A stretch of DNA of 64,000 bases from Podarcis vaucheri (Eukaryota): NCBI GenBank assembly GCA_965113315.1, contig OZ220363.1, one strand, 5' to 3'. This document shows, one piece after another, positions 37,232 through 51,619 of the stretch; positions within the stretch are counted from its first letter, which is position 1; every line of letters begins with the position of its first letter. A program made the translations under genes and the position numbers. Under the pieces are notes generated by a model, which saw only the letters and a list, made by a program, of their open reading frames with translations, made no database searches and was not told the origin of the DNA.

Positions 37232-39983
37232 ATAGAATCATAGAATCATAGAGTTGGAAGACACCACAATGGCCATCAAGTCCAACCCCCTGCCAAGCAG
37301 GAAACACCATCAGAGCACTCCTGACATATGGTTGTCAAGCCTCTGCTTAAAGACCTCCAAAGAAGGAGACTCAACCACACTCCTTGGCAGCAAATTCCAC
37401 TGTCGAACAGCTCTTACTGTCAGGAAGTTCTTCCTAATGTTTAGGTGGAATCTTCTTTCTTGTAGTTTGGATCCATTGCTCCGTGTCCGCTTCACTGGAG
37501 CAGCAGAAAACAACCTTTCTCCCTCCTCTATGTGACATCCTTTTATAATTTTGAACATGGCTATCATATCACCCCTTAACCTCCTCTTCTCCAGGCTAAA
37601 CATGCCCAGCTCCCTTAGCCGTTCCTCATAAGGCATCATTTCCAGGCCTTTGACCATTTTGGTTGCCCTCCTCTGGACACGTTCCAGTTTGTCAGTGTCC
37701 TTCTTGAACTGTGGTGCCCAGAACTGGACACAGTACTCCAGGTGAGGTCTGACCAGAGCAGAATACAGTGGCACTATTACTTCCCTTGATCTAGATGCTA
37801 TACTCCTATTGATGCAGCCCAGAATTGCATTGGCTTTTTTAGCTGCCGCGTCACACTGTTGGCTCATGTCAAGTTTGTGGTCAACCAAGACTCCTAGATC
37901 CTTTTCACATGTACTGCTCTCAAGCCACGTGTCACCCATCTTGTATTTGTGCCTCTCAATTTTTTTTGCCCAAATGCAATACTTTACATTTCTCCCTGTT
38001 AAAGTTCATCTTGTTTGTTTTGGCCCAGTCCTCTAATCTGTCAAGGTTGTTTTGAAGTGTGATCCTGTCCTCTGGGGTGTTAGCCACCCCTCCCAGTTTG
38101 GTGTCATCTGCAAATTTGATCAGGATGCCCTTGAGTCCATCATCCAAGTCGTTGATAAAGATGTTGAATAAGACCGGGCCCAAGACAGAACCCTGTGGCA
38201 CCCCACTAGTCACTCTTCTCCAGGATGAAGAGGAACCATTGATGAGCACCCTTTGGGTTCGGTCAGTCAGCCAGTTACAAATCCACTGAGTGGTAGCATA
38301 GTCAAGACCGCATTTTACCAGCTTCTTTACAAGAATATCATGGGCACCTTGTCAAATGCCTTGCTGAAATCAAGGTAGGCTACATCCACTGCGTTCCCTT
38401 CATCTACCAGGCTTGTAATTCTGTCAAAAAACGAGATCAGGTTAGTCTGACATGACTTATTTTTCAGAAATCCATGCTGACTATTGGTGATCACAGCATT
38501 CCTTTCTAGGTGCTCACAGACTGTTTGCTTAATGATCTGCTCCAGAATCTTCCCTGGTATTGATGTCAGACTGACTGGGCGGTAATTATTTGGGTCCTCT
38601 CTTTTCCCCTTTTTGAAAATAGGGACAACATTTGCCCTCCTCCAGTCTGCCGGGACTTCGCCTGTTCTCCAGGAATTCTCAAAGATGACTGTCAGTGGTT
38701 CTGAGATCACATCTGCCAGTTCTTTTAATACTCTTGGATGCAGTTCATCTGGCCCTAGAGACTTGAATACATCTAAACTAGCCAAGTATTCTTGTACTAT
38801 CTCCTTAGTTATTCTGGGCTGTGTTTCCTCTGCTGAATCATTTGCTCCAAATTCTTCAGGTCGTGCATTGTTTTCTTTATCGGAGAAGACTGAGGCAAAG
38901 AAGGCATTGAGGAGTTCAGTCCTTTCTGTGTCCCCTGTTTGCATTTCACCATCTTCTCCTCTGAGTGAACCCACTGTTTCTTTGTTCTTCCTTTTGCTAC
39001 GGACATACCCATAAAAGCCTTTTTTGTTGCTTTTAACCTCTCTAGCAAGCCTGAGTTCATTCTGTGCTTTAGCTTTTCTGACTTTGTGTCTACATGTGCT
39101 GGCTATTTGTTTGAATTCCTCTTTGGTGGTTTCCCCCCTTTTCCATTTTTTGTACACATCCTTTTTTTAATCTTAACTCAGTTAAAAGTTCTTTAGCTAG
39201 CCACCCTGGCTTCTTTAGGCACCTTATATGTTTCCGTCTCATTGGTATTGCCTGAAGTTGTGCTTTTACTATCTCCCTCTTAACAAACTCCCAGCCATCA
39301 TGAGCTCCCTTTTCTTTTAGTATTACTGTCCATGAGATCTCACCCATCACTTCCCTAAGTTTTATGAAGTCGGCTTTCTTAAAGTCAAGAAATTGAGTCC
39401 TAGTATGCTTGGCTGCTCCTTTTCGCTGTATAGTAAACTTCAGAAGAGCATGAACACTCGCGCCTAATGATCCTTCCACTTCTACCTCACTAACCAGGTC
39501 ATCAACATTGGTTAGGACCAGATCTAAAATGGCTGTTCCTCTTGTTGCTTCTCCCACTTTCTGGACAATGAAGTTGTCTGCAAGGCCAGTGAGGAATCTG
39601 TTTGACCTTATGCTCTTGGCTGAGTTTGACATCCAAGAAATATCCGGGTAATTGAAGTCCCCCATTACTACTATCTCCCTTCCTTTTGCATGCTTGGCCA
39701 TCTGTTCCAGGAAGGCATCATCTATGTCCTCCATTTGGCTTGGGGATCTATAGTAAACTCCCACAATAAGGTCACTGTTATTCTTCTCTCCCTTAATTTT
39801 GACCCAAATGCTCTCACTTTGGCTTTGAGGTTCTAAATCTTGGATCTCTTCACAGGTATAAACATCCCTGACATATAACGCCACTCCTCCTCCTTTCTTG
39901 TCTGGTCTGTTTCTCTGAAATAGATTGTATCCCTCCATTATTACATTCCAATCGTGGGACTTATCCCACCAGGTTTCAGTGAT
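37232..39983 (-). mobile_element. CR1 LINE, 5'-truncated within the endonuclease domain; near-intact ORF2 with three frameshifts
   Basis: APE motifs ITETWWD, VMGDFNYP, ILDLVL; RT motifs [31 protein letters not shown]; 3' tail (ATTCTATG)n. Confidence 0.97.
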
Positions 39984-41723
39984 TAAATTTTTTAAAATAT
40001 GTTTAGGACAATAGCCTATCTGACTGTAATTTGGCAGACTTTCTCCAACACTTCCCATCTCCTGGCTGGGTTCTTTATGTTTTGTTTTGTTTTTTACTTT
40101 CCCATGATGAATTGTGCCAATGTACAGACCTCTTAAATGTGGATCTCTTTATAACTCACAGCCACTGAAAAGTTTGCCCCTCTGTTAAAAAAGAAAAGCC
40201 AAGACTTCATTTGGTTACTGTGTTGCAAATTCTTATCCCATTTCAGCAAAACTTTCCAGAATATTGTCTTTTAATTCACATCTAATAGATTTGTAAAGTA
40301 CAGTTTTCTCCCTTTTTTCTAACAATTTTTCAAATTCAGCTTTACTTTGCCTTAACTCACTTCTTTGCTCTAATCTGTTCAGATAACAACATATTTTTTT
40401 AAAAAAAAACTGATAAGGGGAATTGGTTTATAATTTCATTACCACTTTTTCATAAGCTTTTACTTGTTACCAATCCTGATATAAATGCATGCATTTTTCT
40501 TACTATTTTTGAAAAGTCCCTAGATGTCTGATTGAATTTCTCATCCTTGGACAATATGAGTTCCTGGGGCAAGAGCTTGTTTGCAACTATCCCATGCTGA
40601 CAAGCAAATGTTTATGATGTAACTCAGTCCTTTATAGAGCTTTTTCCTAACAGTTTTAGACATCTGTAGGAGATTTCAGAGGCCTACTCAGACTGATATT
40701 TCTTCCATAAATCTATAATATATGTTCTCTTCTTCATTCCATTGCAGTAACCATGAAATGACTCTTGCCTCCTAATAACTTTCGATATCTGGTATTCCCA
40801 GATTCCCAGCCAGCCATTTTCAAAACTTTTGCTCTCAGAAAGCAGTTCTGCAGTTTCCAGATCCGTCAAGTAGACAGCCATCATCTGTAGTCATCATTTG
40901 GCTAGTGTAGCATCAAATCACAGAGATGGGGAAAACCAAGCTAAGCCCATCTACAGTAAAGCACAGAAATGGAACGCAGCAGGATTAAGGTTGCAATTCC
41001 ATGCACACTTACTTGGAAGTAAGTCTCACTGAACTCCGGGTGCTAAGCTCTGAACTGTGCAATGACGTCTTATAAAGAGGACTCGCTGCACTTAATTTTC
41101 ATCCCAGATTGTGTCCTGTCATTCCTTGCACATATGAATCTGGCCGGCTTCTTTATTTTATGTATACCCCACTTTTCAGTCCCCATGTGGCTCTCAAAGT
41201 GACTTACAGTTAAAATCCTTACAAAGATGCAATATATTCATGAGCCATATAGTTGTATGGAACAGGAAACAAGCTCTTTTGATCCCTGGCATCTGGTGAT
41301 AGAGTTTTGCTTGCCCCTGGTGTGGATGGGGATGGGTGAATCACTTTGGTTCCTCTCGGTTCCTCTTTTTTTTCAGTCTTAAGTTCAGTTATCCATATTT
41401 ACATATCACTTTGCAAAGAAAACCCCACTCCCTCCCCCACAAGACCTCATGAAAATCCAACAGCATTTTAGAGTGAATTTCTCCTAACATGCACATTTAC
41501 GTATGTAGTTTTTCAAAAACACACATATTTGCAGGGCAATCCCCTCTATCATAATTAACTTTTCTTTGCTATTTTTCACTAATATATGCATTCTGATGCA
41601 CACTTTACTTTGGCTGAAGAACTGCATTGCAAAATTGGGAGAAGTGTGAATTTTGAAGAACAGCTGCATTTTGGTTGTTCTCTCATTGCAGCGAATGTGG
41701 ATTAGGTAGGATTTGCAATAGTA

Positions 41724-42073
41724 GTGACGCTGTGGGTTAAATCACAGAGCCTAGGACTTGCCAATCAGAAGGTCGGCGGTTCGAATCCCCGCAACGGGGT
41801 GAGCACCCGTTGCTCGGTCCCTGCTCCTGCCAACCTAGCAGTTCGAAAGCACGTCAAAGTGCAAGTAGATAAATAGGCACCTCTCTGGCGGGAAGGTAAA
41901 TGGCGTTTCTGTGTGCTGCTCTGGTTTCACCAGAAGTGGCTTAGTCATGCTGGCCACATGACCCGGAAGCAGTACGCCAGCTCCCTCGGCCAATAAAGCG
42001 AGATGAGCGCCGCAACCCCAGAGTCGGCCATGACTGGACCTAATGGTCAGGGGTCCCTTTACCCTTTACCTTT
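41724..42073 (+). mobile_element. Sauria SINE nested in the TAGGGA-type element
   Basis: B-box GGTTCGAATCC; (ACCTTT)n tail. Confidence 0.93.
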
Positions 42074-43597
42074 ACTGCACCTTTAAATGCAAATGGAACT
42101 GTGCTTCTCCTCTGTCCCTAGGTGGAGAAGGTGGGAACCAGAAGACCTCATAGACAGAATAAAGGACAAGTTGATGAGAAAGGGTTACCATCCAACAGCA
42201 CCATTCACACACACACCTGTCTGCTTTCAGTCGAGTGAATGAAGAAACCCACCAGTTCAGGAAGCCTGTGCGCCCATCAAGCTGGGACAGTGTGTGAGGG
42301 ACTCGAGTGCCATAGTAATTTCCTGCTTTCAAAATAAGACCATGCTATTTATTCTAAACAATGATACTGTATGTTTAGCATAGGGAGGCCTCTATTAAAG
42401 CAGTTTGCTGATCATCATTAGCAAGTGTCAGGAGCCAGCCAGCTGCAGTCTGAATTAACTGGCATCTGTATAATGAACTATCAGAAAGCCCAGCTGACAT
42501 GGAATTGCTGCCCCCATCAATCCCTGATTAGTGTGAAACAGCAATCTGTATCAGTAGGGGAGGGCACTCTCTGGTAATAAGCTAGCCTAATGGCTAAAGG
42601 TTTATTATGCTCCACGTCCGAGACGTGCTTACTAATGACTCCCAGTGATGATAATATTCTCCTCTCTGAAATAAAATACGTTGGGCCAAGTGCCATGTGG
42701 CACTGTCGAAAGATCAGCCTGCAGACCTAAAACAAAAGAGAGAAAGAGCCAAGATAATTGAAATGGATTAGACTTCCTCTTGACTATTAATCACTAGACC
42801 TTGCCCGTTTCAGGAAATGTTACATGGCGCTCAATAAAATGAAAAGCTATGTCAGTGCACAAATAACTGCCTTGGAAAGTCACCTTTTGCCGGAATCATA
42901 CAAGGGTCATTTAGGCTATGGAAAGCAGGGCTTACTAGTTTTCCTGATTGTGCATCATGGCAAAATCAGTTGTCTGGACAGGAGCGCCAGGGAAGAGGCA
43001 GCAAACACCCAAAACTTTCATTGGCTAAATGACCTTTATTACGAGGCACATTGACACATTACTTGATAACTGAGAGTGGAACACTGCATTTTGAACCTGG
43101 GATTCCCAGTTTCAGTTACCTGGGACCTACTCCCAGGTAAGTGTGTTAGGCAATGTAGCACCCTCCATATGTTGTTGGACTCCAAACACGTCAACCCCAC
43201 ATGGCCAGGATGATAGAAACTGTAGTCCACAACATCTAGAGGGCAAATCTAGAGGGCCCTGGTGTACAGGACAGCACACTAAAGCATTCTATGGATGCTA
43301 TACATTGTGATATGTACATTCTACATATTAAAATAATAATAATAATAGGGGGAATTCAACAATGTGCTCTTCATTCAGTGCAATTACCTCTGCTTGCCGG
43401 AAGGAGAAATTCTCTCTGTCACTGTTCTGGAGATTCTGTTGGCTCCCTCAATATGGATTTTTGGGAGGGATAGGGATGTATGGGGGGGAGGGAAGCCCTG
43501 TTGTGCTAAAGGGAGCCATTATGCTGGCTTTTGCTAGTGCATCAGGTTAGTGCATCTCGACCAAGAGGTGATATTCAACTAAACTTTACTTAGAGTA

Positions 43598-43955
43598 AAG
43601 GTAAAGGTACCCCTGCCCGAACGGGCCAGTCTTGACAGACTCTGGGGTTTGTGCGCCCATCTCACTCAAGAGGCCGGGGGCCAGCGCTGTCCGGAGACAC
43701 TTCCGGGTCACGTGGCCAGCGTGACAAAGCTGCATCTGGCGAGCCAGCGCAGCACACGGAACGCCGTTTACCTTCCCGCTGGTAAGCGGTACCTATTTAT
43801 CTACTTGCACCCGGGGGTGCTTTCGAACTGCTAGGTTGGCAGGCGCTGGGACCGAGCAGCGGGAGCGCACCCCGCCGCGGGGATTCGAAATGCCGACCTT
43901 TCGATCGGCAAGCCCTAGGCGCTGAGGCTTTAACCCACAGCGCCACCCGCGTCCC
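43598..43955 (-). mobile_element. Young Sauria SINE subfamily copy
   Basis: 13-bp TSD TTTACTTAGAGTA; CpG-rich; closely similar to 62801-63163. Confidence 0.95.
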
Positions 43956-45326
43956 TTTACTTAGAGTAGACCCCTCCAAATTTAATGTGCGTGACTAAGT
44001 TAGATGCATTAATTTTGAGAGGTCTACTGAGTAAAGCTTAATTGAACATCACCCAATATATCTACTTTTATTTCAGCTTTCCAGAGAGAGGGAGAGGGAG
44101 TTGCTATAATGGTTTATCATATCAGAGAAGACCCTGCACCAGGGGCTTTACTTCTCAGCTGTCATCACCACATATATTGTGCTGTTGTCCTTCCTTGTAA
44201 CCACCAAAGTGGATCCTGCATGGATCCTGGTTCAGGGAGACATGGCTTCCATAGAGTTAATACTGCCAAAAGCATTCTTCAATTTAAAAAAAAAAAAAAA
44301 CATTCAGCACATTCTGATTTCCAGAAATCACTTATACTCGAGGCAGATTTTATAAGTATGTAAACTTATATTATTTATCTCTTACAGCCTTGAGAACTCC
44401 AGCATTCCATTTGTCCCCATTTAAATTAACCACGGACCATAAAAATCAATCACAGCTTATAGAATAAAAATATTAAAATTGCCCAGGCAGTTCTGCTGCA
44501 AAATGTCAGACTGTGGTCCCTGGACACTCACTCTTCAAGCACCACACTTTCACTGCAAACCTGTAAAATATTTATTGCAATTTTCTGGTGAGAGTTACAA
44601 TTATCCATCTCCTCAAGAGAAAACTTGTCACTAACTGTCAGTTATCACAGATTCTTACATCTCCTTCCTTAAACCTTCTTCTGTTGACAGTTTGGCAGCC
44701 ATTGTGTGGCTCTTTCTGGGTTCAGAAGTGTAACCTAGTGAGCCAGGAATTGCATATATTTTACCGTTCCAGCATTCCACTGGCATTCTCTGTCTCCATT
44801 TCTGGCTTGGGATATTAATGTGATCATTATCAGTGCTGATGAGATCATGAATAAAGCCAGTGCAAGGTTCTGAGGTGGAATGTTTTTGGCACTAATCATC
44901 AAAACTATGGATAGGAATGAAGGAGGGGGAAAGGAAAGGGAGAAGATTTAAGTGAGAGCCATGTCTAGTGGGAGTTATTGGTGTGCACCGAGACAAAGGA
45001 ACACTTCAAACACAGCAATAAGAGCTGGTCTAGACATTGCCTTGGCTGCAGGGATCAGCAACTTTAGGCTGAATTTCCTGCGCCCTGTCATATCAGGACT
45101 TTAGGTTGCAACCCTATATCCGCTAAACTGGGGAGTCAGACAAACTGAATGTGCTTATGAGTAGACATTTATAAGACTGTGCTACCAGTGAGGTCCACTT
45201 TCATACTGGACAGCCTCACATTTCAAGTGCTGTCCGGACTGGTGCTTGCTTTCCTGTGTGTCTGAGCTTATGGCATCCATAAGTGATGTCATTTCTGGTC
45301 ACCACCTATTTTCAGACCAGGTACCA

Positions 45327-45673
45327 TCACTGAAGAATTGATGCTTTTGAATTATGGTACTGGAGGAGACTCTTGAGAGTCCCATGGACTGCAAGCCCTG
45401 AGTGCTCACTGGAAGGACAGATCCTGAAGCTTAGGCTCCAATACTTTGGCCACCTCATGAGAAGAGAAGACTCCCTGGAAAAGACCCTGATGCTGGGAAA
45501 GATTGAGGAAACAAGGAGAAGGTGATGATGAGATGGTTGGACAGTGTTCTCGAAGCTACTAACATGAGTTTGACCAAACTGTGGGAGGCAGTGGAAGACA
45601 GGAGTGCCTGGTGTGCTCTGGTCCATGGGGTCACGAAGAGTCGGACATGACTAAACAAATAAACAACAACAAC
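45327..45673 (+). mobile_element. RTE/BovB-like LINE 3' fragment
   Basis: IDAFELW.WRRLLRVPWTA and LRLQYFGHLMRREDSLEKTLMLGKIE; (CAA)n tail. Confidence 0.92.
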
Positions 45674-45754
45674 CTCAATGGCTTGGGCCCAGAGCAGTGT
45701 GCAGATGAGTTACCAGCTCCTGGCTATAGTCACATTGGAGAACAACACTATTTG

Positions 45755-45886
45755 TTCTCTGTTACAATCTCTGGAGGGTCATCTAATCCTATCCCCTGTA
45801 ATTGCAGGAATCTTTTGCCCAATATGGGGCTCGAACCCACAACCCTGAGATTAAGATTCTCATGCTCTACCGACTGAGCTATTAGG
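45755..45886 (-). mobile_element. tRNA-Lys(CTT)-derived SINE with CR1-like tail
   Basis: Minus strand TAGCTCAGTCGGTAGAGCATGAGAATCTTAATCTCAGGGTTGTGGGTTCGAGCCCCA; acceptor stem broken; continues into ...TAGATGACCCTC. Confidence 0.8.
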
Positions 45887-46789
45887 AAGACTATAGCAGA
45901 GGTTAACCTGTAGCTCGTCAGAGAATATGATCCATCAGCCCCAGAGAATATGACCAACGTTCACAGAGGATAAGAGCTGTAGTCCAACAATATCTGTAGG
46001 ACTTCAGATTAGCCACTCCTGGACTATAGAATTCCTTCCCTACAAATAAATGGATACAATGCAGTTGGCCTCGATCTATTCCAACTGTACTAAGAAGCTG
46101 GTCTCAATATATATTGTGCTAGGATTAGACAGCTCTTTCCTCTCCCTTGTCCCATAACTTCTCAAGTAGAAGATCATTTCAAACACATGTGATTGTTTTA
46201 AATTGCAGCTATGCTGCCTACTCAAGTCACACAGGTCTTCTCTGAAGCAAACTAACAAGCTTCTACTTCAGGAGGAGTATGGTGTGCAAGATAAACTTAC
46301 GTTGTTGCCAGCTAGTCACCTAAGGACAGATTCATATGTTTAGGTAAGTTAAGACTGAGCATGCTTGAAGGCTCGTGCTGTTTTCCAAGATGGATGCCCG
46401 GTGGAGGTCTATGTGAACCACAGCTAGTTTCCATGTTTTATGCAGAATTGCTTGCTAAGAGGGTTTTGAAAATTCACCCACTATGCAAGAAGATTAAAAA
46501 GCATGCAAAACCATTTTATATCACTATCAAATTAAGAAACCCCTATTTGAAATATAGGCATTCTTATGAATATAAGAAGCTGCCTCTAGACCAGTTCTGG
46601 CTAGCAACAGACCATCAATCAGAATTTCTCTGAGATCCTTAATTGGCGATCCCAAAGATTTAATGTGCAATCATGTGCACGCAAAGCACGTGCTGTGCCA
46701 TGGAGATATCTGCCCTCATCTTTATTATATGAAAGTATTCAACAGTGCCTGCAAGATTTTTTAATACTTTATTTGATTGAGGGAGGTGG

Positions 46790-47044
46790 AAAGAAGAAGA
46801 AGAAGAAGAGTTTGGATTTGATATCCCGCCTTTCACTCCCCTTCAGGAGTCTCAAAGCGGCTAACAATCTCCTTTCCCTTCCTCCCCCACAACAAACACT
46901 CTGTGAGGTGAGTGGGGCTGAGAGACTTCACAGAAGTGTGACTGGCCCAAGGTCACCCAGCAGCTGCATGTGGAGGAGCGGAGACCCGAACCCGGTTACC
47001 CAGATTACATGACTACCGCTCTTAACCACTACACCACACTGGCT
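46790..47044 (-). mobile_element. CORE-type tRNA SINE (Squam3-like) with (TTC)n tail; older relatives near 22355, 27640, 30250, 48970, 57630, 59885
   Basis: Minus head AGCCAGTGTGGTGTAGTGGTTAAGAGC; core CTGGGTGACCTTGGGCCAGTCAC. Confidence 0.85.
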
Positions 47045-47594
47045 GCAGCTTGGAGAGTTGCAACCCTATTACTGTAAGAGGAGGGGGAGAGTAAATTGTA
47101 GATTAGCTATTTATTTACAGCTCTGCTCTTGATTATTGCCAGATCCCAATGCTGTTTTCTGAGGGCTTGATCCAGCCAGAGTTCAGCAGTTGTTAAAGTT
47201 CCATTGATTTCAAGGAGGAAAAGTTAAACCTGTGCCTAGCACTCACTCAAGACAATGTCTCTCAGTGCCCATTGGCTGATGGGCTTTGAGAAGAACCATT
47301 CTGAAGTTTGTTTCAATAGAAACCATTTGGAAGCACACTTCAAAGGCATTGCCATCGTAATGACATAAGGAGACGACAGGTGTGAGTCCCCACTCATCTG
47401 TCAAACATGGCCCACAGGGCTTGTGAAGGTAAAGATCTTGGCTAAGTGGAAAAGCTACACACACACACCGTATTAGGTTAAAGTGTGCTTAAACATGCAT
47501 ATACTAATGAAAACAGCACACAGACACCAATTATATTAGGAAAAATGATTTGCAAAAATGTGTTTGTTCAGCAAAAAATTCACACAAATATGCA

Positions 47595-47830
47595 TACCTC
47601 GGGTTAAGTACTTAATTCGTTCTGGAGGTCCGTTCTTAACCTGAAACTGTTCTTAACCTGCAGCACCACTTTAGCTAATGGGGCTTCCTGCTGCCGCCGC
47701 ACTGCTGGAGCACGATTTCTGTTCTCATCCTGAAGCAAAGTTCTTAACCTGAAGCACTATTTCTGGGTTAGAGGAGTCTGTAACCTGAAGCATATGTAAC
47801 CTGAAGCGTATGTAACCTGAGGTACCACTG
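47595..47830 (+). mobile_element. Tigger-type MITE (left TIR tip missing)
   Basis: Homologous to 10061-10299; right TIR followed by TA. Confidence 0.9.
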
Positions 47831-49680
47831 TATATTTAGAAGTTCATACTCAATCCTGATGAATTTTCAGGTGGATATTTAAAAATAAATAAATCACAAA
47901 CTGATGTTAAAATGTGGAGAAGCAAACTTAAGATTGGAAAGATGAGAAACAGGGAGAAGCTGCAATTGGCGAATCTGCCCATCCATCCACAGCCGAGTGG
48001 CAGACCATGTACTTTGGTGCAGAAGATGCCAGGTTCAGTCTCTGAATGCTCCCCAACAGCCTTTCTCCGCCCTCTCATCTACCTTCGTGCCTTCTGATGT
48101 GTTGATTTTTCTGCCTATTTCAAACCAACTTCCTCTTTGCCTGTGTTCATCCTCGCCCCACTTTTCATGTCTAATTTTTGTGTGCCTCCCCCCACCCCCC
48201 GCCAACACACACGCCTTCACGGTTTCTTCCACTGAACACCTGGACAGGCACCTTTGCTGCTTCTGTGTGCTGCACAGCCCTCAACACATCATTGGCACTT
48301 AATAAACATTAAGTATAGTAGCCGTAGTGGTAACCTGATCGAGTGTTTTGATTGCAACAGAATTGGCTAGAACTGTAGGCTGCTTTGCATGTATGTCCCA
48401 CATTACTTCATTCATCTACCATGGAGTAGTCCACTACTGATCAAGAAAGAGCTGGTTGCAATTAGGAAGTCTGTGTTCTCTTTGTATTTCTTATTGAGAT
48501 AAGTGCAGAACTCTGTGCTAGATCACTTGTAGCTGAGACCTGCGGGTATACAGCGGTATACAAATTTAATAAAAAACAATAACATACAAATGAATTCCAC
48601 TGAATTGATGGCAAGCAACATAGTCTCCTTCTGTTGTTATACCTCTGGTGGCTCATTCGCACAAGGCAGTGACCACTCCAATCATCAAGTGAAGAAAGGT
48701 TGTGTGAACTAGCTCTGCTGAAATACAGGAGAACGTTAGCTTTTACTCACTTCTGATTCCTTGATATGCTCACCTAATGAGCCTAAAAAAACAAATATTA
48801 CCACTAGAATCCCAAAACAATTAGCCTGTGCTAAATAAAGAATAACTCCTTTGTGCTGTCCAGATGTTTTGGACCACAACCCCCAACATCCCTGATCACT
48901 GGCCATGCCAGCTGGGGCTGAAGTTGTAGTTCAATTGAGAGTATCAGGCTAGGGAGTGCTCATTTAGTATCTCTACATTCCACCTTTCCTCCAAGGACCT
49001 CAATACAGGATTCACTATTGTGTATCATTGCAACTACCCTGTGATATACGTGATAATGAAAGATAGTGGTTGCCCCAGAGCCACCCAGTGAGCTTCATGT
49101 ATTAGTGGGGATTTGAACCCAGGTCTCTCTTCTGACACTCTAATCACTTTGACTGCACACCAAGCTGAGGTTGCATTCCTGTACCCAATGGGACTTACAT
49201 TCTGTGTAGACGCGGATCGGGTTTCAGCATAAGTCAACTTGCTTATGGGTAGCCCTTCTGAAATGTATACAGAAGGGCTGCAGCCTCATAACTGCAGCCT
49301 CAGAATTACAGGGATTTAAAGTGTTCAGCAGGAGAAGAGAAGAGGAAAAAAGTGGCTCTTGTATGCATGTAGCTTGAGGGTTCAGCCTGATGGATTTCCT
49401 TGCCTGTCAGCAAAAGACACATTTGGGAAGAGGTCCCAGATGTAGAACAAGCTTCAAGATGAAAAGGGAGAGATTTTCTGGCAGCTGTGATACTCCCCCT
49501 TTGACTCTAGAACTGAAGCTTTTCCTTCCACTTCTGCAGATCAGTTGCAGATTGCTTTCGTCCCCCTATGTAAATGCATGATGATCAGTTCAGTGTTCAG
49601 TACACTAAGGCTGTGATCCTATTTCAACTTACCTAGAAGTAGTCCCAGTTGAACTTTGTGGGGTTTACAGTATTCCTGAA

Positions 49681-49768
49681 TGTTGTTGTTTAGTCGTTTA
49701 GTCGTGTCCAACTCTTTGTGACCCCATGGACCAGAGCACGTCAGGCACTCCTGTCTTCCACTGCCTCC
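49681..49768 (-). mobile_element. BovB-like 3' tip
   Basis: (TTG)n plus GTTTAGTCGTGTCC...ACCCCATGGACCAGAGCAC. Confidence 0.85.
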
Positions 49769-51619
49769 TGAATAGGCACACATATTACAGCCACCTTCAC
49801 CTTAGCACTTAGCTGAGTGTTCATGTACACATGCATGCATGTGTGCCTGATGTGTGAGTGTGAGAGTGTGTGCATGACTATGTGACCACATGTATGTGTA
49901 TAAGAGATAGTGCTGTATGCCTGCATGTCTGGCGCTTGAGTGTTTGTGTTGAGGGTGGGGAACATGCCCTTTTTGCTTTGTTGTTTTTAGTGACTGACTT
50001 GGGTACTTTGGCACCCTGTGCAAGGCCAAAAATTGGCACCTCTTCAACCCTCACACTGTCTTCCCAAAGGCATGGAAGGGGGTGCCTGGTTTGGGGCAGT
50101 AGATGCAAGTACTCTGGCACTCCTAGCATCTTCCTTCCCAAGACTCCTAGCACCTTCCTTCCCAAAGCTGGGAAAGCACTAACTAGGCTTTAAGAAGGAG
50201 GAGGGAGGACTCTAGGACCTTACCAGAGCCTCATGTCTCCTTCCCAAAGCCCAGCGCCTCGCTTACTGGGCTCTGAGTTGGTGCCCCCCTCAGCTCAGCG
50301 TCCAGTGTATGTGCGCATGCCTAAATCTACCCCTGTTGTTTTGCCCTAGCCACATTTGTCCAGCCCACCGCTGGAATGTGGAACTTGAAAGTTGATAAAT
50401 TCAAATCCAATCCTTTACCTGGTGTAGGTTCTCCATCCCTGATTGAAAGTGGCTTGACTTTTGTGAATATTTCTATCAGTATTTCAGAGTGCACTCCTCC
50501 TCAGTGATATTTCAAATGCAAATGAAGTGATTCAGGAAGCAGTGATCTCTCTCTCTCTCTCTGTTTCCCTGAACGGGCTTAGTTTGCCTACAATGATGTC
50601 AGCACATAGCTGTAAAGGCAATTGTCAATGTATTGTTGTGATGCCATGACGCCCAATTGCCTAGGACTACTCTAGGCAAGAGGCAGAAGTCCTCACTCAG
50701 AAACATCATTCTGATGCATCATCAGATAGGGAAAACAAAGGCAGCTTTATAAAAAGGTCGGCTGGGGAATATTTCTGTCCTCTTAAAAGCAGAACTTTTG
50801 ACCCAAACATTGAAATAGGGAAACATTCAGCACAGCCTTAATTTCACAAAGTTTTTTCTTCTTTTTATTGCTTGCTTAAGTGAAATGTGTCAAGGACTTT
50901 ACTTCAGTGTCTGTGAGGTTTGTATAAATAAGCAGAGACATTTGTTCTCTCTGTGGGCTGTAAATTCATTTCTTTTCCCCTGAAAATATGGACACAGCTT
51001 GGTGGTTTCAGACAGTCAACGTGACTCACCAGATTAGGCAAGGAATGCTCCAGGGTTGAATGATGAGACAGAAAATTGGCCCGAGCCAAATGGTGAATTC
51101 TGTGCTCATTACATCTGACTGTGTGCCAAGGTAATCGTCTGATTGTTCTGGTGTGCAGCCAGATTGATTTTTTTTCAGCCCATAATGAGGTGATCTTACA
51201 ATTGATCTGGCCATTCACCACACAAGTAGACGGATTTTCATTAAATTAGCCTGTTAACTACAGTGCAATTTACAAAAGACCCCCCAATCTAATTCCTTGT
51301 AGTGTATTTGTATGAGATCATACAAACTAACAAAAACATAAGCAAACACATACACACACATACTACAAGGCTCATAACTGGATATTTCTATGGTAAAGGG
51401 CTGTAGCTTAGTGGTATAACGTCTGCTTTGTATGCAGAAGGCATGAGGTTCAATCCCTAATAGGACCGGGAAAGGCGTCTGCTTAAAACCCTGGATAGCC
51501 ACTGCCAGTCAGTGTGGACAAAACTGGACTAGATGGGCCAGTGGTCTCACTCATTATAAGTGTACAGCGGATTCAGCATATTTATGTATTTAATTTATTG
51601 CATCAATATGTGACTTCTG

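Noticed and set aside
40684-40884. Minus-strand exon-like ORF (MMAVYLTDLE...)
   Set aside because: No polypyrimidine acceptor or donor, and no recognisable homology.
45816-45886. Functional tRNA-Lys(CTT) gene
   Set aside because: Acceptor stem cannot pair, anticodon arm is altered, and the sequence continues into a SINE/CR1-like tail.
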